Sequence record: NZ_CP090008.1
Origin: a plasmid
Length of the DNA stretch: 64,000 bases
Direction: 5' to 3' (one strand)
Of the stretch, positions 1 to 9,254 are shown in pieces. The first letter of the stretch is position 1. Every line of letters starts with the position of its first letter. The position numbers and the translations under genes were made by a program. The notes below the pieces were generated by a model that had not been told where the DNA came from, did no database searches, and worked only from the letters and a program-made list of their open reading frames with translations.

Positions 1-431
1 TTCCTCCGATTGAGATCCCGTTTGAATCTTCACTTTATTATGAAGTTGAGGAAATCAATCCTGGGTTATCGAAGTTAATAATTACCACAGAGCATGCAGA
101 AGCTTTTCAAGAGGCTGATATACACATGTTGGAAACTCGCTTAACTATGTTACAGCGAGCAAAAGAATGTGGAAATTTTACGACAAGTAATTTTCCGAGT
201 CGTTTTCCAAAGGTAGCAAGAGACGATTTAAGTCAGTTAGATCTTCTAGCTTGGGGAACAAAAGATATGCCAACATATCTTTTCTGTCTGATGGAATCAG
301 CATTAGACAGTTACAGGGGATTTTATTCTTTGAGAGACCTAATGGAGGATGCTAACGTTACCCTTCAGCAAGGTTATGAGAAAGCTGTTTACTGGTTCTA
401 TAGTGGAGTTAAAGGTCAATATGAATATTGA
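1..431 (+). CDS. hypothetical protein, 5' end outside window
   Basis: Frame of ORF 126..431 stays open back to nt 3 (PPIEIPFESSLYYEVEEINPGLSK...), so the gene starts upstream of the window; no recognisable domain. Confidence 0.5.
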   Translation, partial: PPIEIPFESSLYYEVEEINPGLSKLIITTEHAEAFQEADIHMLETRLTMLQRAKECGNFTTSNFPSRFPKVARDDLSQLDLLAWGTKDMPTYLFCLMESALDSYRGFYSLRDLMEDANVTLQQGYEKAVYWFYSGVKGQYEY

Positions 432-443
432 AGGAGAAAAACA

Positions 444-605
444 ATGACTAAACATCGTTATGTTGCGAAATTTAAACGTAAAGACGAAACAGTCTTTACG
501 AAAAGGTTTCTAGCTTCAGATTTGTTTCAAGCTGATGAGTATGCACTGCAGTATGCCACTAAGCGAGGTATTCTCTATCTCGACTTAGGGCCTGCAGAAG
601 AATAG
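444..605 (+). CDS. small hypothetical protein (53 aa, MTKHRYVAKFKRKDETVF...)
   Basis: AGGAG RBS 8 nt upstream of ATG; followed by hairpin terminator 612-645; a decayed copy (in-frame TGA) lies at ~3395-3480. Confidence 0.45.
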   Translation: MTKHRYVAKFKRKDETVFTKRFLASDLFQADEYALQYATKRGILYLDLGPAEE

Positions 606-611
606 AGAATT

Positions 612-645
612 AAGCTACGTATTTTATACGTGGCTTTTTCTTTTT
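612..645 (+). terminator. rho-independent terminator
   Basis: gctacgtat-ttt-atacgtggc hairpin followed by TTTTTCTTTTT. Confidence 0.5.
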
Positions 646-659
646 AAGGAGAAAACCAT

Positions 660-909
660 ATGCGTTATAATTTAAAAAGTGACAGAGATTTGGCTTTTGA
701 ACAGGCTCTTCTGAGATACAATATCCAAAAAAAGAGCTACTTAAGATTTCGAAAGAACAACTGTCATCGACACAAGAGACAACTCTAGAAGAGTTAGATG
801 AAATGTCCGAACTTGTTGAGCAACTTACAAAAGGGGAAGCAGTAGCAGATTTGGTTGCCTATGCTTTCCTAGATGATATAGCATTACATTGGGAATCTTT
901 ACAAAACTA
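660..909 (+). pseudogene. small ORF (MRYNLKSDRDLAFEQALLRY...) frameshifted at an A7 tract; A8 would give a clean ~83-aa ORF ending ...AYAFLDDIALHWESLQN
   Basis: As written, ATG at 660 with RBS AAGGAG reads 42 aa to TAG at 786-788. A +1 shift inside the poly-A run 731-737 continues without stops to TAA at 907-909. Second diverged/deleted copy at 3536-3700. Confidence 0.4.
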
Positions 910-941
910 AGCTAATGCTTACTGATAGTAGAAAACAGTAG

Positions 942-977
942 TGTAAAATAAGTTGTGTAAACACAAAATTATTGATA
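942..977. promoter_or_regulatory. inverted-repeat box (TGTAAAATAAgTTGTGTAAACACAAaaTTATTGATA) abutting a promoter-like TTGATA
   Basis: Perfect core palindrome TTGTGTAAACACAA inside longer imperfect IR; near-identical box recurs at 2024-2059; sits 60 bp upstream of CDS 1037. Confidence 0.5.
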
Positions 978-1036
978 GTATCCGATGATTTTAAGATATA
1001 GAGTAGTTAGAAATGAATTAAGGATGGTGGTTTAAA

Positions 1037-1993
1037 GTGGAAAAAGAAACGATTATATTTCAGCGTAATGAGTTTGATAATTATTATAGAAGTGTATTGA
1101 ATGGTGGTAAATATGTTGATCCTGATTGTAGAGAGGACATTGATACACCCTACTATAATTTTTTAACGGAATTTCTAAGAAAAAGAGAGAGTGAAAGTAA
1201 TTATAAAAATAAATATTCTTTTATTCCCCCTAAACTTGCTAAACTAACTAGTGACAGTGAGAAAAAGATAAAAGATAATGATAAATATAAAATTGTTGTG
1301 AAGCAAAATGACGAATTGCTGTTCAGACTTACTTCAGATCAATTTGGTTTTTCGGGAGGTGAATATGTATATCAGCAATCCGATGGTCATCTCAAGTATC
1401 CTTTAGCTAGAATTAATTATTTATCTAATAATGAATCTATTGATGAGAGAAAGAGGATTTTAAATAAACTAATTAATTATGTGAAAAATACAAGAACGCT
1501 TGGTGGATCTTTTATCTGGCCTACGCCTAAGAAAAGTGAAGGTTTTCGAAATAGCAAATATAATATGAGTCGTGGTGTAGGTTCTTATATAGAAGATCGA
1601 GTAGATTTAACTCTTTTAGAGATTAAACATGCACTAGATGGGGAATATCATAAATCTCAACATAAAGATGATATCCTATATACTCTTTATATTAAAAACA
1701 CAGATGGTATACGAACATGGTTGGACCATTTTGAGACATTTGAGAAATTTGTTGATTATTTTATGTTTAATAATTTTATTGAAAATGGAATGCCAATTAA
1801 CATATTGACAGGTAAGGCTATTTGTGAAGAAGAAGTAAAAAAATATAAAAATAAAACATGTCAGATCAAGAATCTCAAATTAAGTGAACTGTTAGAGATG
1901 ATTGAGAGATTAGAAAACATGATAATTAATAGAACATGTCTGATGGAAGAACATATAAAGGATTATATAGTAAAGAGATATAATATGGATTGA
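1037..1993 (+). CDS. hypothetical protein (318 aa), GTG start
   Basis: Long ORF, RBS AAGGATGGTGG; AT-rich; no domain recognised by eye. Confidence 0.55.
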   Translation: MEKETIIFQRNEFDNYYRSVLNGGKYVDPDCREDIDTPYYNFLTEFLRKRESESNYKNKYSFIPPKLAKLTSDSEKKIKDNDKYKIVVKQNDELLFRLTSDQFGFSGGEYVYQQSDGHLKYPLARINYLSNNESIDERKRILNKLINYVKNTRTLGGSFIWPTPKKSEGFRNSKYNMSRGVGSYIEDRVDLTLLEIKHALDGEYHKSQHKDDILYTLYIKNTDGIRTWLDHFETFEKFVDYFMFNNFIENGMPINILTGKAICEEEVKKYKNKTCQIKNLKLSELLEMIERLENMIINRTCLMEEHIKDYIVKRYNMD

Positions 1994-2023
1994 GCTCCCT
2001 TTATCTATAACAGAAATTGGTAG

Positions 2024-2059
2024 TGTCAATTAAGTTGTGTAAAGACAAAATAATTGACA
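2024..2059. promoter_or_regulatory. inverted-repeat box TGTCAATTAagttgtgtaaagacaaaaTAATTGACA (second copy of 942-977 motif)
   Basis: 9-bp perfect arms TGTCAATTA/TAATTGACA with 18-bp spacer containing TTGTGTAAAGACAA; immediately upstream of promoter 2068-2098. Confidence 0.5.
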
Positions 2060-2067
2060 GTATCTTG

Positions 2068-2098
2068 TTGGTTGAAAAGTCGTTACAAATGTGGTAAA
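2068..2098 (+). promoter_or_regulatory. sigma-A type promoter (TTGAAA-N17-TAAAAT with TG extension)
   Basis: ttgaaa agtcgttacaaatg tgg taaaat; drives Nudix-ASCH gene 2330. Confidence 0.45.
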
Positions 2099-2329
2099 AT
2101 TGCTACAGAACTGATAATAATGTATTCATGGGGATATATCACCATGATAATGGAACGTCGTGGAATATCAACATGACGTTTTAACGTAAGGGGGAAAACT
2201 CTTACGTTTTTTGTTTTGAAAGTCTGTTATAGTTAAATAGACAAAATGTCTTTAATAAAGAGTGCCCCTAACCCAAGATTAATGTGATGATATTTATGTG
2301 TTAAAAAATTAAGCTAGGAAGTTAAGAAT

Positions 2330-3259
2330 ATGGAAATCAAAAATCACTTTGGTGTATATGGTATTTGTTTTGAGAATGGGAAATTGCTATGCATTGAGAA
2401 AACGAGAGGACCTTATCAGCATCGTTTTGATTTACCGGGTGGTAGTCAAGAACTAGGTGAGGGACTGACAGAAACCCTCGAAAGAGAGGTTCTGGAAGAG
2501 ACGGGCTATACGCTTAGCCGTTATTCAAATCCTAGGATTTATGATGTAATGGTTCAAGAAGGTGGGCAAGACTTCGCAGTACATCACATCATGGCCTTTT
2601 ATGATATCGTACTCGATTTTGAGCGCTCTCAAAAATCCCTTCCTCAAGAGGTTCTTGACGGAAGCAATGATTCAGCAAATGCAATTTGGATTCCTTTCGA
2701 GCAGATTACCGAAGAGAATGCCTCACCCTTAGTATTGAAGGTGAAGGCAGAGTTAGTAGGAATTCCAGAATTACAAATGACAAGCTATAGAAATTGGAAG
2801 GTAAAAGAAGGAGAACAAATGAAACCTCAAGAAATGTGGAATGCCTACAAGCAAATTAACCCCTCGATCGGAGATGAAATCGATGCTTGGGCTTTTGGAG
2901 TAGAAGCCGATCTCTTGTCAGATTTGGTGTTAAAAGGTGAAAAGACGGCAACTGCATCAGCCTATGATCTTTATGCAGTTGATAACGACCCCCTGCCACA
3001 AGAAGGGACCTTTGATGTTATTTTAGACAGTCAAGATCAGGCTGTCTGCATTGTCGAAGTCACAAAGGTTTCTGTTCAGCCTTTCCATCAAGTGTCAGCC
3101 GACCATGCCTACAAGGAAGGTGAGGGTGATAAATCTCTGGCCTATTGGCGTCAGGTTCATGAGGAGGTTTTCACCGAGTGGATGAGCGATGCCGGACTGA
3201 CTTTTACACCTGACAGCAAGGTTGTTTTGGAAGAATTTCGCAAGGTTTATCCATTATAG
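2330..3259 (+). CDS. NUDIX hydrolase - ASCH domain fusion protein
   Basis: Nudix box GGSQELGEGLTETLEREVLEETGY in N-terminal half; C-terminal half resembles ASCH/YqfB-like fold (KQINPSIGDEIDAWAFG...LKGEKTATAS). Confidence 0.65.
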   Translation: MEIKNHFGVYGICFENGKLLCIEKTRGPYQHRFDLPGGSQELGEGLTETLEREVLEETGYTLSRYSNPRIYDVMVQEGGQDFAVHHIMAFYDIVLDFERSQKSLPQEVLDGSNDSANAIWIPFEQITEENASPLVLKVKAELVGIPELQMTSYRNWKVKEGEQMKPQEMWNAYKQINPSIGDEIDAWAFGVEADLLSDLVLKGEKTATASAYDLYAVDNDPLPQEGTFDVILDSQDQAVCIVEVTKVSVQPFHQVSADHAYKEGEGDKSLAYWRQVHEEVFTEWMSDAGLTFTPDSKVVLEEFRKVYPL

Positions 3260-3394
3260 AACACCCTCTCCTTCTTGGAGAGTTTTTTGATATGGATCTT
3301 ATTTTCCAAAAGGGTTAAAAAATGATGTAATGTAAGCGATATTATACAGAAGTACAGGAACAGTACGACCGCAAGGCTAAACAAAAAGGTCGGA

Positions 3395-3745
3395 AGTCTT
3401 GTTTGAAGTTGATGAACACGCCTGAGAGTATGATACTAAGCGAGATATTCTCTATCTCGTCTTAGGACCTGAAGTTCAGTAGAAAGTTAAGATACGTATT
3501 TAATACGTGGCTTTTTTAAAAGGGGATATACCAGATGCGTTTTAATTCTAAAAGTGACAGAGATTTGGCTTTTGAACATGCTCTTTTGAGGTACCATATC
3601 ATAAAAAAGAGCTACTTAAGTTTTCGAAATAACAGCTGTCATCGGCACAAGAGACAACTCTAGAAGAGTTGGATGATATAGCATTACATTGGGAATTTAT
3701 CCAAACCTAAGCGGATGTTTACTGATAGTAGAAAACAAATAGGCA
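3395..3745 (+). repeat. decayed direct repeat of 520-960 (small-ORF cassette copy 2, with internal deletion)
   Basis: Aligned by eye: ...aaaaggt..ttgtttgaag.tgatga...ctaagcgag.tattctctatctcg.cttagg.cctg...; ...acgtggcttttt...; atgcgtt.taat..aaaagtgacagagatttggcttttgaaca.gctctt...gatgatatagcattacattgggaat. Confidence 0.7.
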
Positions 3746-3778
3746 CTTAAAGTTTTTGAACTTTAAGTGCTTTTTTTG
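3743..3778 (+). terminator. rho-independent terminator
   Basis: gcacttaaagtt-tttga-aactttaagtgc perfect 12-bp stem + T7. Confidence 0.7.
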
Positions 3779-3835
3779 TTGCTTTTTGATATCTTTTACG
3801 AATAGATATATTGTAAAAAATAGGAGGTATATGAA

Positions 3836-4018
3836 ATGATGACTTATGATGAAGTAATGGAAGCGATAGAAAGAGGTTTTATCAAGGGCGATAAAATCAG
3901 TATTGTCCGACGAAATGGTAAAATCCATGATTATGTCTTGCCGGGAGAGAAATTAGAACCGGGAGAAATAGTGACGGAAGAGAATTTAGAAGCTGTCCTT
4001 GAAGAATTGAGTGAATAA
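3836..4018 (+). CDS. small hypothetical protein (60 aa)
   Basis: RBS AGGAGG 7 nt upstream; followed by very strong terminator. Confidence 0.55.
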   Translation: MMTYDEVMEAIERGFIKGDKISIVRRNGKIHDYVLPGEKLEPGEIVTEENLEAVLEELSE

Positions 4019-4083
4019 TATATGAGAATGTTTTATTTCGAAAATAGATTGTTTAATATTTAGTATAGTATGCTGTATTAATT

Positions 4084-4148
4084 GGTAAAACCTAAAGAGA
4101 GAATGGAATTATTTGGGCGCTGTATTCTCTTTAGGTTTTACCTTTTTG
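4084..4148 (+). terminator. rho-independent terminator (21-bp perfect stem)
   Basis: ggtaaaacctaaagagagaat...attctctttaggttttacc + TTTTT. Confidence 0.75.
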
Positions 4149-4608
4149 CTATAATTTTTATATAAAAAATAGGAGGTGTTGGTGAATGAAGTTAAATCTA
4201 GTAGTATGTTAAAAAAGAATGAAAATAGAACATGATATGACCTTTATTGATTATTTAAAATCATACTAACATCACTATTAAGTTTTTAGAAGGAACAGAG
4301 GAAGATTTATAAGGCCATAGTTAAGAGTGTAAGTGCTCTATCTACGGCGGTTTATATTTTGTGTACAATTGTGCTTAAATAGGCAGAAGTGTTATAATAA
4401 AGAAAATGTTTTAGTGAATTGAGGTTATAAGGATTTTTATACTTAGTCAGCATGTAATGTATTCTTTAAAGAGATTAAGTAATGAGACAATGCTTAGGTA
4501 GAAAGAAGATTATTACGCCAATACTAGAATGTTTTGTTTGAGCAATGGCTCAAAGGGGTAAACAGGAGCTGGAATCACTGTATTTTGATAGATTTAAGGA
4601 GTGATATT

Positions 4609-5991
4609 ATGGGGTGGACTAGTATTCCGAATTTTGGAGATAAATATGCCAAAGTTAGAGAAAGAACCCATTCATCTGGTGCAAAACTGATAGAAGTTTT
4701 ATACGGTGCTCGTGACAACAGGGGAAGACCCACATCTCCAGAAAGCAATTCTGATGGACACGGTCATTGGCTTGCCATAGAAATAGATGGAATATATCAG
4801 ATGTTATCATGGAGACATCCTATTCATGAAGGTGGTCAGCAAGAATATGGTCGTGGCCGAAGAAGCAATGCCCTCTCTGATTTGGAATCTGACATAATAG
4901 AAAAAGAAAAGATTTGTTCACAGGCTAAGAGTTTATCATTGTCAAATGATTGGAAAACCGCTGCACCTAAATTTAAGCAGTTATTTAATGAATGGAAAAA
5001 GGTTTACAATTGGGGAACGCCAAAAGAAAAACAACTATGGGAAGATTTTCAGGCCGCTAAAAAAACGTTCTATGAACGACGAGAGAGTAATCGTTCAAAA
5101 AATAAAGTTACCAAGCAAAGTATAATTTCGGAAGCTCGAACTTTATCAGCATCAACCGATTGGAAATCCACAGGGCAACAGTTTAAAAAACTTTTTGATA
5201 GATGGAAAGGCATAGGTTCTGCTGGAAAAGATGATGAAATTCTATGGATTGAGTTTAAATCTGCTCAACAAACATTTTATGATCGTCGTTCAAAATACTT
5301 CAGTGATTTAGATAAACAACGTGACAAAAACAGACAAATGAAACAAGCACTGATTTCAGAAGCAAGGAGCGTTTCTCAGTTTTCAACAGATTGGAAACGA
5401 ACTGGCGATAAACTCCATGAATTAATGGATAGGTGGAAAGAGATTGGAAGTGTTGGCAAGGAATATAATGATAGTCTTTGGAATGAATTTAATAGTATTC
5501 GACAGGATTTCTTCAATCGTAGACGTATTTATTATGAGGAACAAGACAGACTTTTCCAAGAAAATGCTAGCCGAAAAGGACAGATTGTACAAGAGGCTGC
5601 AAATATTGCCAGCAGCAGTGACTATTCTGTGCAGACTACAGAGCGCATGAAAGAACTTGATCGTGAATGGAGAAACATAGGCTCCGCTGGAAAGATAAAT
5701 GAGCACCAGCTTTGGAATCTATTTCAAAGTGCTAAAGATAGCTTTTGGTCCGGAAAACGCTTGTATAATGAGCGAAAACAACAGGAATGGCGAAGAAAAT
5801 TGTATGAAGCTATCAATCGTAAGAGAGATCAGATTTCAAATCTTGAACGGCAAATCAGTGAACTTCAATATAAAATGAGTAACATGAGAAATCAAGAGCA
5901 TATCAATAATATGTACCGGTGGATAGATGAAAAAAATTCCAAGATTAGAGAACTTGAAATAGCAATTCAAGACATGGAAAGCAAATTATAG
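4609..5991 (+). CDS. DUF349 repeat protein
   Basis: At least five ~70-aa repeats of DWK..x..F..L...WK.IG..G..E..LW..F..A...F..RR; probable start ATG 4609 (RBS GGAGTG) rather than 4534. Confidence 0.6.
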   Translation: MGWTSIPNFGDKYAKVRERTHSSGAKLIEVLYGARDNRGRPTSPESNSDGHGHWLAIEIDGIYQMLSWRHPIHEGGQQEYGRGRRSNALSDLESDIIEKEKICSQAKSLSLSNDWKTAAPKFKQLFNEWKKVYNWGTPKEKQLWEDFQAAKKTFYERRESNRSKNKVTKQSIISEARTLSASTDWKSTGQQFKKLFDRWKGIGSAGKDDEILWIEFKSAQQTFYDRRSKYFSDLDKQRDKNRQMKQALISEARSVSQFSTDWKRTGDKLHELMDRWKEIGSVGKEYNDSLWNEFNSIRQDFFNRRRIYYEEQDRLFQENASRKGQIVQEAANIASSSDYSVQTTERMKELDREWRNIGSAGKINEHQLWNLFQSAKDSFWSGKRLYNERKQQEWRRKLYEAINRKRDQISNLERQISELQYKMSNMRNQEHINNMYRWIDEKNSKIRELEIAIQDMESKL

Positions 5992-6738
5992 ATTGTGTTT
6001 CCAATATAATTGATGATTACCACGTCCTTGACCTGTTCGCGATTTTAACACATCCAGAATTTTTCATTCAACGAGAAGTTACAAATAGTCACTTTGATGA
6101 CGGTGTTTTAGGTATTTTCGAGTAATTTTTGGAACGTTATCCATTAGCTACGGAATGTTTTAATAAGATTTCTGATTATGTTCAAAAAACTATTAATGAT
6201 ACGATAGGAAAGTTTAGGATTGTTAAAACCCCATGGCATAATATAACTGTATATTGTCGACACGTATTGAGTGTATGAGTTTACTAGAAAAGATGAAACC
6301 GCAAGCTTAAAATAGAATCTGAGATGATCAATCAATTTTTCATCGGAGGCCACGAGGAATGCCAACAAAGAGATATGGTTTCTGAGGAACAATTGAACTT
6401 AGTAGGTTTAGTTCTAGCACTCTTAGTATTAACTGGGTTGTTAAGACAGAACTCTGACTTTATGATTGTTGTCGACTTATGCTTGTCGCAAACTCTTATT
6501 GAGATGTCTCGCAATAAAGCAGAAAAATTATTTGGTAGGCATTAATAGTAGTATAGACACCATTTTAGGATGGTGTTTTTTGTTTAGATTGTTTTTTATA
6601 AAGCAATTTGCTTTCCACTTAATCTGGTTGGCAGCATTTACGAAACCTGGTTGAAAAATATAAAAAAGTGAAATAAAGTGTCCTCTGAGCTTCGCATACA
6701 AGACCTGTTATGATATACTTATATCAAGGTTAAGGAAT

Positions 6739-6906
6739 GAGGTTTCTCCCCTCGACTTAACCCGACCATTGTTGTTGTAAGGTTAGACGAGATTTCTCCT
6801 CTCGCATCTAACATAATCTATTAAGTTCTATTAGTTATGAATCAGGGACCTCCCCCAAAGCATAACTATCCTTTCTGTTTTTAGTGTTATGAGGTTTCTC
6901 CCCTCG
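6739..6906. repeat. three copies of 16-bp motif GAG(G/A)TTTCTCC(C/T)CTCG in a 1.3-kb non-coding region
   Basis: Copies at 6739-6754, 6789-6804, 6891-6906; unequal spacing (50, 102 bp). Confidence 0.6.
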
Positions 6907-7166
6907 CTGTTCAACTAAAAATAGTCATTGTTTTTCTTCTCCAGAGAAATTTCTCTTGGGAAGAGAGGTAGTCCATTGAGGGCTGCCTCTTTTTTTGTTG
7001 TCAACGAAACTTATTTTGAATAGAAAAAACCATCGGAACAACAGGGGGTCCCAATGGTTACAACAACAATATTTTCAAAAAACAATGACGTTTCAAGAAA
7101 AAGAAGATATGGAGAAGAAGGAGAAAAGCAACCTCTCCATAAAATTCCCCGAAGGGAAAAACAATG

Positions 7167-7200
7167 ACTGTGTTTAGGAATACTCCTAAACACAGTTTTA
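7167..7200 (+). terminator. hairpin terminator
   Basis: actgtgtttagga-atac-tcctaaacacagt (13-bp perfect stem) + TTTT. Confidence 0.5.
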
Positions 7201-7274
7201 GTATAGCTTATTAAAGGGGTGATTTCAATGCTAGGAAACCAGATTAAGCTCAAAAGTCAACCTATGTCACTAGG

Positions 7275-8408
7275 TTGCGATACCTATATGATATAGCCTA
7301 TCATGGCTTCATGGTAGAATTTAAAGATTATGAAAATACACAAGGGCTCGAAGAGCTAGAAGGTTGGCGGTATTTTCCGATTAGAGCAGCAAATAGGATC
7401 AAGTCCTTCTGGGAGAGCAACAGCGTTCTCTCTTACTTGAGGCGACATCGGTTAAAACGAACGATGATCATTAGTTATGCATTACTGGGAACAATGGTAT
7501 GGACAGCTACATCTGCTTATTTCTCTCCAACCCGAGTTACTTACTTAGAGTCACAACTGCAGGCAACACAATCATTTGGTAATGGACTTGGAAGTATCAC
7601 CGCAACCTCTATGACTTACTCTTCGTCAAATGGCTTAGTCGTTATGGAATTGACAACATCAGATGCTACTAGTGCTATCAAAAAAGGGATTAATACTGAA
7701 AATCTTGATTGGCAGGTTTTCTTGCCAAGTAGTGTTAAGAATCCTGAAGCAGTGACCTTAGAAGTCATTCCGTTAACCGGAGATAAGGTGTATCTAGTCA
7801 TGCGTAATGTGCCTTCAGATTATACGCTCATGGTTATTCGTGCGACAAATAAGACACCGAACTCAAACAGTCTCAAGATTGACGTTCAAGAATACAATGA
7901 CTACTTATCATCAAGTTCTAATGACGCTTCGGTTTCTAAGCAGAATAAACAAAAAGATAAGGAAGGGAATAAGAACTACGTTGATTTCTTTGTAACTCCT
8001 CAAAATGAACTCTTCAAAAACAAATATGTCAAGAATTTATCTCGTGAGAAGTTTGCCCTCAATATTTTTGAAGAGGAGTTGAAATATCAAAAAGGTCAAC
8101 GAAAAGAACTCTTGGCTTCTGCAAAAACACTTGATGACAGTATTAAGGAAGATACTAAGACATTGGAGCAGTTGAAACGTGAGTCAGAATACTTGGTCGG
8201 TAACGAGTTAACCGGTAAGCAGAGTGATATGGAAGCTATCGAGAAAAGTATGGACTCTAAAGAGAAAGACGGAGCGAAAGCGCGTGAAAATGCTGCTTAT
8301 GTTCAGACAATCATTGAACAGATTGAAAAGAATATCAAAGCAGTTAAGAATGGTACCTACAAGTTTAATTCACCAGTACGATCAGTAAAACAAGATATTG
8401 GGAAATAA
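7275..8408 (+). CDS. conjugation-module membrane-anchored protein with C-terminal coiled coil
   Basis: TM segment (MIISYALLGTMVWTATSAYF) then extracellular domain and K/E-rich coiled coil; first gene of T4SS-like operon; true start may be internal. Confidence 0.45.
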   Translation: MRYLYDIAYHGFMVEFKDYENTQGLEELEGWRYFPIRAANRIKSFWESNSVLSYLRRHRLKRTMIISYALLGTMVWTATSAYFSPTRVTYLESQLQATQSFGNGLGSITATSMTYSSSNGLVVMELTTSDATSAIKKGINTENLDWQVFLPSSVKNPEAVTLEVIPLTGDKVYLVMRNVPSDYTLMVIRATNKTPNSNSLKIDVQEYNDYLSSSSNDASVSKQNKQKDKEGNKNYVDFFVTPQNELFKNKYVKNLSREKFALNIFEEELKYQKGQRKELLASAKTLDDSIKEDTKTLEQLKRESEYLVGNELTGKQSDMEAIEKSMDSKEKDGAKARENAAYVQTIIEQIEKNIKAVKNGTYKFNSPVRSVKQDIGK

Positions 8409-8443
8409 ATATAAAAAGGAAAGAAAGGACTTTATTAACGATT

Positions 8444-8842
8444 ATGACAATTGACGAACAACGCTATTTACTTAACCAGGACTGCCTATTGATGAAATAT
8501 CAACGAGGTAACGCTATGAATGAACCCCTTCAAATTTTTAGAGGGAAATGGGCAGACGGTTTAGAACGCCTACATCAAATCATTGATAAAGAAGTTGGTT
8601 GGAAGAACTTTCGTAGTTTTGTCTCAAGTAACGTACATCATGACTCTGAAACATCCATTGAGGTAGTTAAGACACACTTAAACCAATGCCGTATTGAATG
8701 TACGGACCTTTTGGATATTGATTTTGGAGAGAAAGGTTCTATTTGTATTCAGAGGGATCAAGTGGAGCTTTTGACTGAGAAATTCCGTTATTTCCTTTAT
8801 TTTGAAAGTAATATTCAACCAATGATGGATATTGACTTCTAG
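8444..8842 (+). CDS. hypothetical protein (132 aa), conjugation module
   Basis: Tightly packed in operon; overlaps next gene by 11 nt. Confidence 0.45.
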   Translation: MTIDEQRYLLNQDCLLMKYQRGNAMNEPLQIFRGKWADGLERLHQIIDKEVGWKNFRSFVSSNVHHDSETSIEVVKTHLNQCRIECTDLLDIDFGEKGSICIQRDQVELLTEKFRYFLYFESNIQPMMDIDF

Positions 8843-9254
8843 GAGGTACTGGATGAATCAAGAAGAAAATCAACAACAAGAGGGGAACTGGGGACTGCCT
8901 CGTGGTCTTTACACGCAGGTAAAGTACTACGGTGTTCCGGTAATGAAAGCCTTCATTATAGTAGGGAGTTTTGTTTTTCCACTACAATTCAGGGATATAT
9001 TTTTCCCTAGAGGGCAAGAGTTGAAGTTCCTAATCAATTTACTCTGTACAATGACTTTAACGATTTATTGGATGATCCCTTCTTCGTCTGGTGGAAATAA
9101 GTTCTGGGAATTTATTCATGCACACCGTCGGACAAAGAAACGTTATTATCCAATTGATAAGAACTGTTACCCAGAGTTGAGAGATGATGGCTCGAAAAAC
9201 CGTCGCTACTTAATGGATAAGGCTGCAGAACGTTTAGGAAGGAAGTATAAATAG
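8832..9254 (+). CDS. small membrane protein (140 aa), conjugation module
   Basis: Two hydrophobic helices; stop abuts start of ATPase gene. Confidence 0.45.
   Translation: MTSRRYWMNQEENQQQEGNWGLPRGLYTQVKYYGVPVMKAFIIVGSFVFPLQFRDIFFPRGQELKFLINLLCTMTLTIYWMIPSSSGGNKFWEFIHAHRRTKKRYYPIDKNCYPELRDDGSKNRRYLMDKAAERLGRKYK

Noticed and set aside
6144-6654. Cluster of 60-82-aa overlapping ORFs on both strands
   Set aside because: Mutually overlapping, no RBS, in a repeat-rich non-coding region; typical noise.
6739-6906. Possible CRISPR array (3 repeats)
   Set aside because: Repeats only 16 bp, imperfect, irregular spacers (34 and 86 bp), no cas genes nearby.
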